Assembly (NCBI RefSeq): GCF_018977255.1
Contig: NW_024704743.1
Location: 114,764,001-114,828,000, forward strand
Length of the DNA stretch: 64,000 nucleotides
DNA from: Callorhinchus milii
Taxonomy: Eukaryota
Reading direction: 5' to 3'
In this document: positions 1 through 10,529 of the stretch, piece by piece
How positions within the stretch are numbered: position 1 is the first letter of the stretch
Layout: each line of letters starts with the position of its first letter
Made by a program: the position numbers and the translations under genes
The notes under the pieces: generated by a model
Database searches by the model: none
What the model was told of the DNA's origin: nothing
Seen by the model: only the letters and a program-made list of their open reading frames with translations

Positions 1-100
1 CATTAACCAACTCAGACACTGATTATAAGTAAGTACTCAAATCACAAACCTGCATTGACAAGTTGAACTCATATCAGTAGACTACAATTGTAGCTATCAA

Positions 101-1635
101 GCTACCGGCCCATCTCCAACCTCCCCTTTCTCTCCAAGGTCTTGGAAAGAGTTGTCGCCTCCCAACTGCGCTCTTTCCTCTCCACCCATTCTCTTTTTGA
201 ACCCCTTCAGTCAGGTTTCCGTGCTGCTCATAGCACAGAAACTGCCCTGGTCAAGGTCACCAATGATATCCTGACTATCTGTGACCAGGGCTCCCTCTGT
301 CTCCTCGTCCTCCTCGACCTATCGGCAGCATTCGATACGGTCGACCACGCTATCCTACTCCACCGCTTGTCCTCCCACCTCAACCTTCAAGGCACTGTCC
401 TTGAATGGTTTAGCTCTTACCTTTCCCACCGTCTTCACTTCGTCTCAACGAATGGCTTCTCCTCCACCCCCCGTACTGTCTCATGTGGTGTCCCTCAGGG
501 CTCTGTCCTCGGTCCCCTCCTCTTCACCCTCTATATGCTCCCCCTCGGTGACATCATCCGCAAACATGGGGTTAACTTCCACATGTATGCGGATGACACC
601 CAACTCTACCTTTCCTCCTCTACTCTCAACTCCACGACCACCGATGTCCTGACAGCCTGCCTGTCCGACATCGAGTCCTGGACGAGAGACAACTTTCTTC
701 AGCTCAACGTGCGAAAAACCGAGGCCCTCCTGATTGGCTCACGTCAGCGCCTCCGCACCTCAGGCGCTGACACCATCAGCATCCAAGGCTGCACTCTCCA
801 CCTCTCAAAGCCAGTCAGGAACCTCGGCGTTTTGTTCGACCCTGAGCTGTCCTTTCTCCCTCACATCCGCACCACAACTGGCACCGCCTTCCATCACCTC
901 CGGAATATCGCCAGATTACGGCACTACCTCACCCCTCACGCTGCTGAAACCCTGGTTCACGCCTTTGTCACCTCAAGGCTGGACTATGGGAACTCTCTCC
1001 TCGCCGGCCTTCCCGCCACCTCCCTCCACAAGCTGCAGGTCATTCAGAACTCTGCAGCTCGTGTACTGTCCCGCACCAGGCTTCGGGACCACATCACTCC
1101 CACCCTCGCTCGCCTCCACTGGCTCCCCATCCCCCAGAGGATTGATTTCAAGATCCTCATCCTCACCTACAAGGCCATTCACGGCCTTGCTCCCTCCTAC
1201 CTCTCCAACCTACTATCCCCCTACCTACCTGCCCGTACCCTCCGTTCCTCTGGCTCCGGTCTGCTCCACGTCCCCCGCCCCAACCGCCCTACTATCGGTG
1301 GTCGGGCCTTCAGCCTCTCAGCCCCGAGGCTCTGGAACTCCATCCCCCAGTGCCTTCGCCTTGCTTCCTCCCTTTCCTCCTTCAAGGCCGGTCTCAAAAC
1401 CTTTCTCTTTGACCGTGCCTTCAGCTCCCCTCTCGACTCTCTTCCTCCTCCTCGCTCCCTCCCTTCCCTCCCCTCACCCTGACCATTTCCCCCCTCCTCT
1501 CTCCCTCCCTTCCTCCCCTCACCCTGACCATTTCCCCCCTGCTCGGGTCATGACCCAACTGTGCAGCGCCTTGGGACGTCCTCCTGACGTGAAAGGCGCT
1601 CTATAAATGGAATCTTGTTGTTGTTGTTGTTGTTG
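101..1635 (+). mobile_element. L2-clade LINE, 5'-truncated, young copy, antisense within PREX2 intron 1
   Basis: RT frame from [12 protein letters not shown] (103), then a pyrimidine-rich 3'UTR, the L2-type terminal stem-loop (gcgccttgggacgtcctcctgacgtgaaaggcgc) and a (TTG)n tail at ~1616-1635. Possible 5-bp TSD ATCAA (96-100 and 1637-1641). Confidence 0.93.
103..1482 (+). pseudogene. Truncated L2 ORF2 reverse transcriptase domain (open frame, no endonuclease, no native start)
   Basis: Motifs [36 protein letters not shown] and RAFS...PRLWN, with no stop or frameshift to 1482. Confidence 0.9.
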
Positions 1636-1935
1636 AATCAAATGTCTGTATCAGCTGTTTCTAGCTTTATAGGCCATACCAAGGTCAATACTGTTACTTA
1701 AAATGCCTACAAAGCATCCTTCAATTCACCAATTGCTTCCCCTTCTTAAGTCTCTCCATACCAACAAGTAGCTCACAGACATCTATTGTTACACAATGTA
1801 ATTTAAGGTAATGTAGAAGCAGTGGGTTACTGACTGTATCCAGGTTTCTCTTCACCAGAGATGGAGTAGCATCTCTATTCCGTAAACATTACCATACATT
1901 GTCAACCCAAAATTAAGTTAAAAGTAATCTCAAAT

Positions 1936-2470
1936 TCAGTTCTGGGCCCCACACTTTAGGAAGGATGTCAAGGCATTGGAGAGGGTGCAAAGGAGATTTA
2001 CCAGGATGGTACCAGGAATGAGGGACTTCAGTTATCAGGAGAGGCTGGAGAAGCTAGGATTATTCTCCTTGGAGCAGAGAAGGTTAAGAGGAGACTTAAT
2101 AGAAGTTTTCAAAATTATGAGGTGATTCGATAGGGTGAACAAGGAGAAACTATTTCGACTGGTGGGTGGATCGGTAACCCAAGGACACCAATTTCAAATA
2201 GTTGTTAAAAGAAACAGGGGAGATGAAGAGAATTTCTTTTTACACACAGCGAGTTGTTCGGATCTGGAATGCATTGCCTGAAAGGATGGTGGAAGCCAAT
2301 TCGATAACAGCTTTTAAGAGAGAAGTAGATAATTATTTTGGGAGGACAAGTTTGCAGGGCTGTGGGTGGAGTGCAGGGAAGGGGGATTGATTTGGATAGC
2401 TCTTTTCAACAACACGATGGGCCGAAAGGTATAATTTCTGTATAATTCTATGTATAATTCTATGATTCTA
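1936..2470 (+). mobile_element. CR1-clade LINE 3' fragment
   Basis: Decayed QFWAPHFRKDVKALERVQRRFTRM ... RRLRGDLIEVFKI ... FTQRVVRIWNALP; ends in an (ATTCTATG)-type tail. Confidence 0.9.
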
Positions 2471-2679
2471 AGTGCTATTATGCACAGAGAACCAAATAAA
2501 ATAGATGGTATCTACTCTCCCGAACATTTCAAGAAAGAAGAGCACTTTTATCACTCAAGACAATTTAAAGCACTTTAGGGTAACTATTATCAATTGTTGC
2601 AAATAGTAAGGTGCCTTAAACAGCTATGAAGTGATTAACCAATTTACCAGGATAAAAGGAGAAACTGTGAAATGCATTT

Positions 2680-2890
2680 AGATAATCTCGACGACGTGAT
2701 AAGTAAGTATTGTATATCAAATCAAGGATTATTATTAAACTTCCTTCTGCTTTTGAATAGCATCATGGGATCATTATCATTCACTTGAAAAGGCAGACAT
2801 GCAGGCTATCCCATCCAAAGATCAACTCTTTCAATATTACAGTTGAAGTAACACTTCCTTAATATTACACTGGAGTGTTAGCCTAAGTGT
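2680..2890 (-). mobile_element. Degraded Deu-domain SINE (family B) fragments
   Basis: catgggatc...cacttgaa..ggcagac...catccaaag...cactggagtgttagccta resembles the 4022-4440 copy; an adjacent plus-strand SINE tail ends at ~2737. Confidence 0.55.
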
Positions 2891-3029
2891 AAACCCTAGT
2901 GCCCACACATCAAGACTGTGTCCAAGTAAGAGGAGCCAGTTTCAATTCCAACAGTCTGAAACCAGACTTCTTACCTCTCGACTTGAGTTCCCACAAAGTA
3001 AAGTTATACGCTGCACGTCACAATTGTTT

Positions 3030-3310
3030 GGTTGAAGAAGGCTCTTCAACCCATCCAATCTCATCCTTCCAGAACACTCACCCCACTGCCTCCCCCATCA
3101 CAGCATCAAGCTGCTTTTTAAATGAGTCCAGTGTCCTAGCCTCAACCATCACTCCTTGCAACCTGTTTCAATCATTAGTTACACTCTGAGTAACAAAAAC
3201 GTGTACTTATATAGCACCCACCATGCAGGATATCATCTCAGTGCGATTAACAGAGCTCAGAGAGTAAAGAGGAACTTCCTGCAATCTGGCCTGAAATTGC
3301 CCTTTAAAAC
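3030..3310 (-). mobile_element. Old CR1-like 3' end
   Basis: gaagaaggctcttcaacccat...tttttaaatgagtccagt...caacctgtttcaatcatt...actctg; the same motif recurs at ~25010, ~27920/28560 and ~58070. Confidence 0.55.
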
Positions 3311-4021
3311 TTTGGAAACTTGTCACTTTTTCAGAGTTGTAAAGGTTGGGGGGAAAAAAACACAACCAGTGCTTGTAAATGTTTTTATATGCTATAGACT
3401 CATTAAAAGTCTCATGGCACTACTCAAAAAGAGAGGGAGTTTAAAGATCCCGATACCCTAGCAACAATCCTTCCTGCAATGTAAACATCTGCCATATTTG
3501 CCTTCTAATACAGTCACTACACCTTACAATAATCATAGGATTTCCTGTAAAGACTAGTGACAGTGTACTTTTTGTATAAAAAAAATTATCTATTCATGTC
3601 TGCCAGCTTACCCTGCACAGGATGCATCATGTGTTGATTTATGCTACATTGAACGTAGCAGTCAATGTGCACACAGCATTGTCCTACAAACAGCCAAGTG
3701 AATGACCAGTATGCAGTAATAAACTACATAAACAGCTTGGGTGGTTGAGCGCTGCTCAAGTTTGGTGATGGCCTATATAAAGCAGGAGAGGGTACAATTT
3801 ATAGCCACGTTTCAGTGTGCGCTCTTGTAAAGAGAGGGCCAAGAAAACCAAAACAAAGTAGAAGAAAGAAAAAGCGAGGCAAATGAGACAAGGAAATATA
3901 AGGTTTTATTTTAACACAAGGATGAGGTTGAACTGCCTGTCTGTGTGCTCCAGTGATAGAGGTGGTGCCCTCTGTCACAATAGGCCTCACAGTGCAGCCA
4001 TGGCTGCACTGCCACTCAATA

Positions 4022-4440
4022 AAATAATAATCCCTTACATTTGATAAAGTGCCCTTCACATTGGGCAGCTGTTTCAAAGCACTTCACAGGATACACTGTG
4101 AAGTGACTGTATTTTATAGGCAAATGCAGAGGCTAATTGGTACACAGCAATGTCCGACAAACAACGATGAAATAAATGGCCAAGTTTATTTGGGCGATTG
4201 TTGGCCAGGACAGCAGGAGAAACTCTGTTCTCTTTTCAAATCATTCCATGGGATCTTTCACACCCACCTGAACAGGCAGACAGGACCTCAGTTTAACGTC
4301 TCATCCGAAGGACGGCACTTCCAACAATGTAGCACTGGAGTGCTGCACAGACGATGTCAGTTCCAATTCCTGACAGGGAGGCTTTAATCCACAACAATCT
4401 GACGCAGACACAAGAGTGCTACCAACCTCGCCAAGCTGAT
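4022..4440 (-). mobile_element. tRNA-derived Deu-domain SINE (family B, SacSINE1/AmnSINE-like) with L2 tail
   Basis: Reverse strand: tcagcttggcgaggttggtagcactcttg head, gtgccgtccttcggatgagacgttaaac...gggtgtgaaagatcccatgg Deu core, and an L2-like tail ending in (ATT)n. Confidence 0.8.
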
Positions 4441-4594
4441 ATTACTGCATTATATAGCTATATAATTCTATCAATTTAGTGGGAAAAAGTGAAGTGCTAT
4501 ATCTAGTATAGCTAGGACATTAGGTGTAAGATAGGACTCCAAGTTGTCCAAGAGACATAATACAAGATAAAAGCAGCATTTAAATAGAGAATAA

Positions 4595-5540
4595 AATACA
4601 GTTGATTCACTTTACAGTATATTCTACGAAGCGCTTTGAGAGGTCTCGGAGACATGATAAGGCACTATATCAAATGCAAGATTATTATTATTATAATAAA
4701 GTGGCACCGGAAAAGATTAAGTAGAGTACAGATTCGGTAAAATCAGCTGTTATTTTTGGTTATGTTATTATTAGGTTGTTATTGTTTTCATTCATCATCT
4801 GTAACAATTTAGTCAGATTTCCAAAAGCAGCTTGATCTGAGATACCCTTTTCGCCCACAAATATGCATTCACCTATGAATTATACAGTCAATCCACTTTA
4901 CAGTCTATTCTGTGAAGCGCTTTGAGACTTCTAGAAGACGTGAAAAATATCAAATGCAAGGATTATTATATTATTATCTGATTGGATGATTGAATCTACT
5001 CAGAAAGTCAGATCTAAACAGCCCATTTCGGTTTTTTTAATCTAAAAGTGAGAAGAATTCTCTACTCGTGTCTGCCAGCTTACCCTGCACAGGATGTAAC
5101 ACTGTATAAGATTTATGATGTACAATATTGGATGTACATATGTAACAGCAGCACACTCGATGCCTTTACACACACACACACCAATGAATGAAGTGTGGTG
5201 AGTGTGTGCAGTAATGACCCACAAACACAGCCTTGAAGTGAGCCACCAATTTTTTAATGGCTTGTCTCAATGGGTCAGTTTAACTCATGTAGTAATACAG
5301 TACTGGAGTGCCGCCAGTGTTATTGCCCGAAACTGTCAAACTGTCAAACTATGAAACGTTATGGATTCTCTGAGCACACATGGACTCTTCCTTCCCTGAG
5401 CAGGAGTGCATAGTATCACAAAGAACTACACCTCATGTTTCACCTATAAATTATACAGTCAATCCACTTTACATTATATTCAGTGAAGCACTTTGAGACA
5501 GCTCAACAACATAAGATGTTATATAAGGATAATATTATTA
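4595..5540 (+). mobile_element. Cluster of three 5'-truncated SINE 3' tails (~4595-4697, 4848-4976, 5437-5540)
   Basis: Each reads cactttacagtatattctgtgaagcgctttgagac...tatcaaatgcaaggattattatt or a close variant. Confidence 0.8.
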
Positions 5541-5629
5541 CACACCGTGTCAGCTCAGTGTAACAACAACAACTTGCAATTACATAGCAACCCTCACACA
5601 GTATAGCATCTCAGAGCGCTTAAAAACTA

Positions 5630-5945
5630 AATAATCCATGCATTTGATATAGCGCTTTTCACGTCGGGAGGACGTCCCAAAGCGCTTCACAGAACACACT
5701 GTAAAGTGAATTGACTGTATATTTGTGGGCGAACGCAGCAGCCAATTGCGCACAGCAATGTCCCACAAACAGTCGTGGATTGAAAATGACCAATTTATTA
5801 TTGCTTTTTTTGTTTTGGAGGGATTATTATTAGGCTCTGTGTGGAGTAAGGAAAATTGCCCAAGGTTTCGCCCTCAGCCTGGAATTGAACTCAGGTCTCT
5901 CGCTTGCAAAGCGAGTGCTCTAACCACTGAGCTACAGGACTCCAC
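5630..5945 (-). mobile_element. tRNA-Ala-derived SINE (family A, short variant)
   Basis: Reverse strand: gtggagtcctgtagctcagtggttagagcactcgctttgcaagcgagagacctgagttcaattcc (A and B boxes), ttgggcaa..ttccttactccacac, Deu-like gtttgtgggacattgctgtgcgcaattggctgc, and L2 tail. Confidence 0.88.
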
Positions 5946-6504
5946 AATTCCTGAGCATGTGTTTTCTCTGAAACTTATAAAGCAGTACAGAACACCCCTG
6001 TTGCATTGAGCAAGAGCAAGAAATCCATCCCACTTTTGTTATGGTTTTCCTCTTCAATCCTGACTATTTTACTGCCCTATTGTGTGTCCTCTCCCCCCCC
6101 ACAGCCCCCTCCCACCCCCAGCCCCTCAAGTCCCTCCAGGCTCCCTTTGGTCAGGAAATAAAGTTTGTATAAATAGGCACTAAATTCAGGGGGATTCGCG
6201 TCATTTCCTCTGTAATCAGAGGAGCTAAATGGCCTTTTCCCATGTATTTCCCGCAGGAGCTGCTCATTGTTATTGTGAGAACTTTCTCACCATCTGCCCC
6301 TCAATCTGCCACCCAACTCCTTTGCTGGTCGAAACGCTGCTGGTTTGGGAACGTGGATATTTCTCAACCAACACCCTTCCCCCCCAAAAAAAATAACAAG
6401 GCACCTCACTTTTCCTCCCAAGGGAGCTGCCTGGCTCTTGTGATGGGATTGAAGCAATGGGAGTCATGGCACCGAGCAGGGCATTTAACCACATGTGGAG
6501 GGTA

Positions 6505-7126
6505 GAGAGAGAGAGAGAGAGAGAGGGGCTGGTGGGGACTGACTGACTGACTTACAGTAGAGAGATCAGTAAAGTAAACTTGTGTGTGTGTGTGGAGCTC
6601 GACTGAACCGTTCAGCTCAAAGCAGTGCTTGTCAAATCCAGCCCAAACCACACTTGGCTACTTGTTATATATATATAGAGAGAGAAATAAATTAAAAGCA
6701 CTGCCTGAGAAGTTTGAAAGTGTGTGCAGTTTATGTTCTTTTTTGTTGGGGTGTGGGGGGGGGGGGGGGGGGTTGAGGAGAGAAGGACACACACACACAT
6801 ACAACACACACACAAACATATATATAACAAACACACACATACAACACACACACACACAACACACACATATATAACAAACGCGCACATACAACACACACAC
6901 ATACAACACACACACACACACACATATAACAAACGTGATTGCCTTCTCTCTACACATTCAAACCATGGAAAGAAAAAGAGAGAGAGAGAATAAACTCCCC
7001 CCAACCATCTCCTTTGCCAAGTCAGTCACCCTATATATAATAACTATATAATAACACAGAAATGGCCTCCTTCTGTGCTATATAATTCTATGATTCTATG
7101 GACTGACTGACTGACTGACTGACTGA
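6505..7126. repeat. Microsatellite cluster: (GA)n, (GACT)n, (TG)n, poly-G, compound (CA/TA)n, plus a short CR1 tail at ~7055-7100
   Basis: Directly visible simple repeats at the 5' end of PREX2 intron 1; aatggcctccttctgtgctatataattctatgattctatg is a CR1 terminus. Confidence 0.9.
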
Positions 7127-7363
7127 AAGCAGCTGAGAGACCTTCTGTGACACTCAGGTCGAGTGGCCAAAAAGTCGTGATAACTACTCCATTATCTAAA
7201 AAAAAATCATTTCTTTAAGATTTATTAGAGATTGTAATGGCATCACTTTTTGGTCACCCTGTGTGTAAATACAGGGTATATATATATATATACATACATT
7301 ATATACTGTTTTATATGTCTATATATAAAAAAATCAAACAGATTTCATGTCAGTATAACTTAC

Positions 7364-7510
7364 AGAGACCAGAAACTCCAACGTCTCCACATAATCGCTC
7401 TCAGTCTTGAGGATTTCAGTCAAAACACAGACTCGGAGACGAAGCTGTTTCTCCAGATCTTTGCCGCTGATGATGTCTCCTTTGCTCTCAGCTTTCCCCT
7501 CCTCAGTCAT
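7364..7510 (-). CDS. PREX2: PREX2 (PIP3-dependent Rac exchanger 2) first coding exon; N-terminus and start of DH/RhoGEF domain
   Basis: ATG at 7510 gives [49 protein letters not shown], matching recalled human PREX2 [33 protein letters not shown]. It ends at a phase-0 donor TCT|GTAAGT (7363-7358). The ORF track start at 7516 is a GTG. Adjacent CPA6 supports PREX2 over PREX1. Confidence 0.95.
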
Positions 7511-7576
7511 CTTCACTGCAACTCACAGGGCGCTCAGCCTGCAACCTGCTCCCCAACAGCCAACTCACAGCAAGAG

Positions 7577-10060
7577 CAGCTCCCCTGCCCTCCCCTCACA
7601 GCTCCCCTGCCCTGCCCTCCCCTCACAGCTCCCCTCCCTCACAGCTCCCCTCCCCTCACAGCTCCCCTCCCTCACAGCTCCCCTCCCTCACAGCTCCCCT
7701 GCCCTGCCTCCCCTCACAGCTCCCCTGCCCTGCCCCTCCTCACAGCTCCCCTCCCTCACAGCTCCCCTGCCCTGCCCCTCCCTCACAGCTCCCCCCCTCA
7801 CAGCTCCCCTCCCTCCCTCACAGCTCCCCTCCCTCACAGCTCCCCTCCCCTCACAGCTCCCCTGCCCTGCCCCTCCCTCACAGCTCCCCTCCCCTCACAG
7901 CTCCCCCCCCTCACAGCTCCCCTCCCCTCACAGCTCCCCTGCCCTCCCTCCCTCACAGCTCCCCTCCCCTCACAGCTCCCCTGCCCTGCCCTCCCACTCC
8001 CCCCTCACAGCTCCCCTCCTCCCTCCCCTCACAGCTCCCCTCCTCCCCCCCTCCCCTCACAGCTCCCCTGCCCTGCCCTCCCCTCACAGCTCCCCTCCCT
8101 CACAGCTCCCCTCCCCTCACAGCTCCCCTGCCCTGCCCCTCCCCTCACAGCTCCCCTGCCCTGCCCTCCCCTCACAGCTCCCCTCCCTCACAGCTCCCCT
8201 GCCCTGCCCTCCCTCACAGCTCCCCTGCCCTGCCCTCCCCTCACAGCTCCCTCCCTCACAGCTCCCCTGCCCTGCCCTCCCTCACAGCTCCCCTCCCTCA
8301 CAGCTCCCCTGCCCTGCCCTCCCTCACAGCTCCCCTCACAGCTCCCCTGCCCTGCCCCTCCCTCACAGCTCCCCTGCCCTGCCCTCCCCTCACAGCTCCC
8401 CTGCCCCTCCCTCACAGCTCCCCTCCTCACAGCTCCCCTGCCCTGCCCCTCCCCTCACAGCTCCCCTGCCCTGCCCCTCCCCTCACAGCTCCCCTGCCCT
8501 GCCCCTCCCCTCACAGCTCCCTCCCTCACAGCTCCCCTGCCCTGCCCCTCCCTCTCACAGCTCCCCTGCCCTCCCCCTTCACAGCTCCCCTCCCTCACAG
8601 CTCCCCTGCCCTGCCCCCCTCCCCTCACAGCTCCCCTCCCTCACAGCTCCCCTGCCCTGCCCCTCCCCTCACAGCTCCCCTCCCTCACAGCTCCCCTGCC
8701 CTGCCCCTCCCCTCACAGCTCCCCTCCCTCCCTCCTCCCTCACAGCTCCCCTGCCCTGCCCCTCCCCTCACAGCTCCCCTCCCTGCCCCTCCCCTCACAG
8801 CTCCCCTGCCCTGCCCTCCTCTCACAGCTCCCCCTCCCCCTCACAGCTCCCTGCCCTGCCCCTCCCCTCACAGCTCCCCTGCCCTGCCCTCCCCTCACAG
8901 CTCCCCTGCCCTGCCCTCCCCGCTCCCCTGCCCTGCCCTCCCCTCACAGCTCCCCTCCCTCCCTCACAGCTCCCCTGCCCTGCCCCTCCCCTCACAGCTC
9001 CCTACCCTGCCCCCCCCTCACAGCTCCCCTCCTTCACAGCTCCCCTGCCCTGCCCCTCACAGCTCCCCTCCCTCCCTCCCTCACAGCTCCCCTGCCCTGC
9101 CCCTCCCCTCACAGCTCCCCTGCCCTGCCCCTCCCTCACAGCTCCCCTGCCCTGCCCCTCCCCTCACAGCTCCCCTCCCTCCCTCACAGCTCCCCTGCCC
9201 TGCCCTGCCCCTCACAGCTCCCCTGCCCTGCCCCTCCCCTCACAGCTCCCCTGCCCTGCCCCTCCCCTCACAGCTCCCCTCCCCTCACAGCTCCCCTGCC
9301 CTGCCCTCCCCTCACAGCTCCCTCCCTCCCTCACAGCTCCCCTGCCCTGCCCTCCCCTCACAGCTCCCCTCCTCCCTCACAGCTCCCCTGCCCTGCCCCT
9401 CCCCTCACAGCTCCCCTCCCTCCCTCACAGCTCCCCTGCCCTGCCCCTCCCCTCACAGCTCCCCTCCCTCCCTCACAGCTCCCTTGCCCTGCCCCTCCCC
9501 TCACAGCTCCCCTGCCCTGCCCCTCCCCACAGCTCCCTGCCCCTCACAGCTCCCCTCACAGCTCCCCTGCCCTGCCCCTCAGAGCTCCCCTCCCTCACAG
9601 CTCCCCTCCCTCACAGCTCCCCTGCCCTGCCCCTCCCCACAGCTCCCCTGCCCCTCACAGCTCCCCTCACAGCTCCCCTGCCCTGCCCCTCAGAGCTCCC
9701 CTCCCTCACAGCTCCCCTCCCTCACAGCTCCCCTGCCCTGCCCCTCCCACAGCTCCCCTGCCCCTCACAGCTCCCCTCACAGCTCCCCTGCCCTGCCCCT
9801 CACAGCTCCCCTCCCTCACAGCTCCCCTGCCCTGCCCCTCACAGCTCCCCTCCCTCCCTCCCTCCCTCACAGCTCCCCTCCCCTCACAGCTCCCCTCCCT
9901 CCCTCACAGCTCCCCTGCCCTGCCCCTCACAGCTCCCCTCCCTCCCTCACAGCCCCCCTCCCTCCCTCCCTTCTTCCCTCCCTCCCTCACAGCTCCCCTC
10001 CCTCCCTTCTTCCCTCCCTCCCTCCCTCACAGCTCCCCTCCTTCACGTACAGCTCCCTTC
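7577..10060. repeat. ~2.5 kb C-rich minisatellite; unit CCCTCACAGCTCCCCT plus variable GCCCT/CCCT modules
   Basis: Directly visible; roughly 100 units by eye, unit length ~12-31 bp; minus strand reads GGGGAGCTGTGAGGG(AGGGC)n. Confidence 0.97.
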
Positions 10061-10440
10061 CCTCTCTCTCTCACACAGATCCTTCTGTCTCATTCTCAGG
10101 CAGACCCCCCCCCCACTCTCACTTTCAGGCAGATCCCCCCTCTCTCACTCTCAGGCAGATCACCCCTCTCTCTCTCTCCCAGATGCCCCCCTCTCTCACC
10201 CTTAGGCATCAGATCCCCTCTCTCTCTCTCTCTCTCTCCCCCAGATCCCCTCTCTCTCTCCCAGATTCCCTCTCCCTCACTCTCAGGCAGATCCCCCCCT
10301 CTCTCTCCCAGATGCCCCCCTCTCTCACTCTCAGGCAGATCCCCCCTCTCTCTCTTTCCCAGATGCCCCCCTCTCTCACTCTCAGGCAGATCCCCTCTCT
10401 CTCACTCTCAGGCAGATCCCCTCGCTCTCTCTCACTCTTT
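10061..10440. repeat. Second minisatellite; unit ~CTCTCTCACTCTCAGGCAGATCCCC alternating with CTCTCTCTCCCAGATGCCCC
   Basis: ctctcaggcagatc and cccagatgcccc recur throughout; abuts the first array. Confidence 0.9.
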
Positions 10441-10529
10441 GTCAAGACAGTTTATTTTGCCTTTTTTCCTGATGTTGTCATTCCTCCCCTCGCTGTCACT
10501 TGGGAGAAAGCGGTATTGCTTCCCCCCAC

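Noticed and set aside
281..1606. Overlapping alternative-frame ORFs (123 and 290 aa)
   Set aside because: Shadow frames of the C-rich L2 ORF2.
1690..1720. Possible PREX2 exon 2 (minus-strand ttgtAG|GCA TTT)
   Set aside because: It starts AF like the expected exon but hits TAA at once; exon 2 is presumably beyond the left edge.
5870..5945. tRNA-Ala genes (here and at other family A heads)
   Set aside because: Each tRNA-like segment runs into a SINE body and L2 tail, has a disrupted acceptor stem and variable anticodon, and lacks a downstream poly-T terminator. These are SINE heads.
6584..7004. Cys/Val- and His/Thr-rich ORFs
   Set aside because: Translations of (CA)n/(TG)n microsatellites.
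7577..10440. CRISPR-like array
   Set aside because: No unique spacers, variable unit length, no cas genes, and a vertebrate context.
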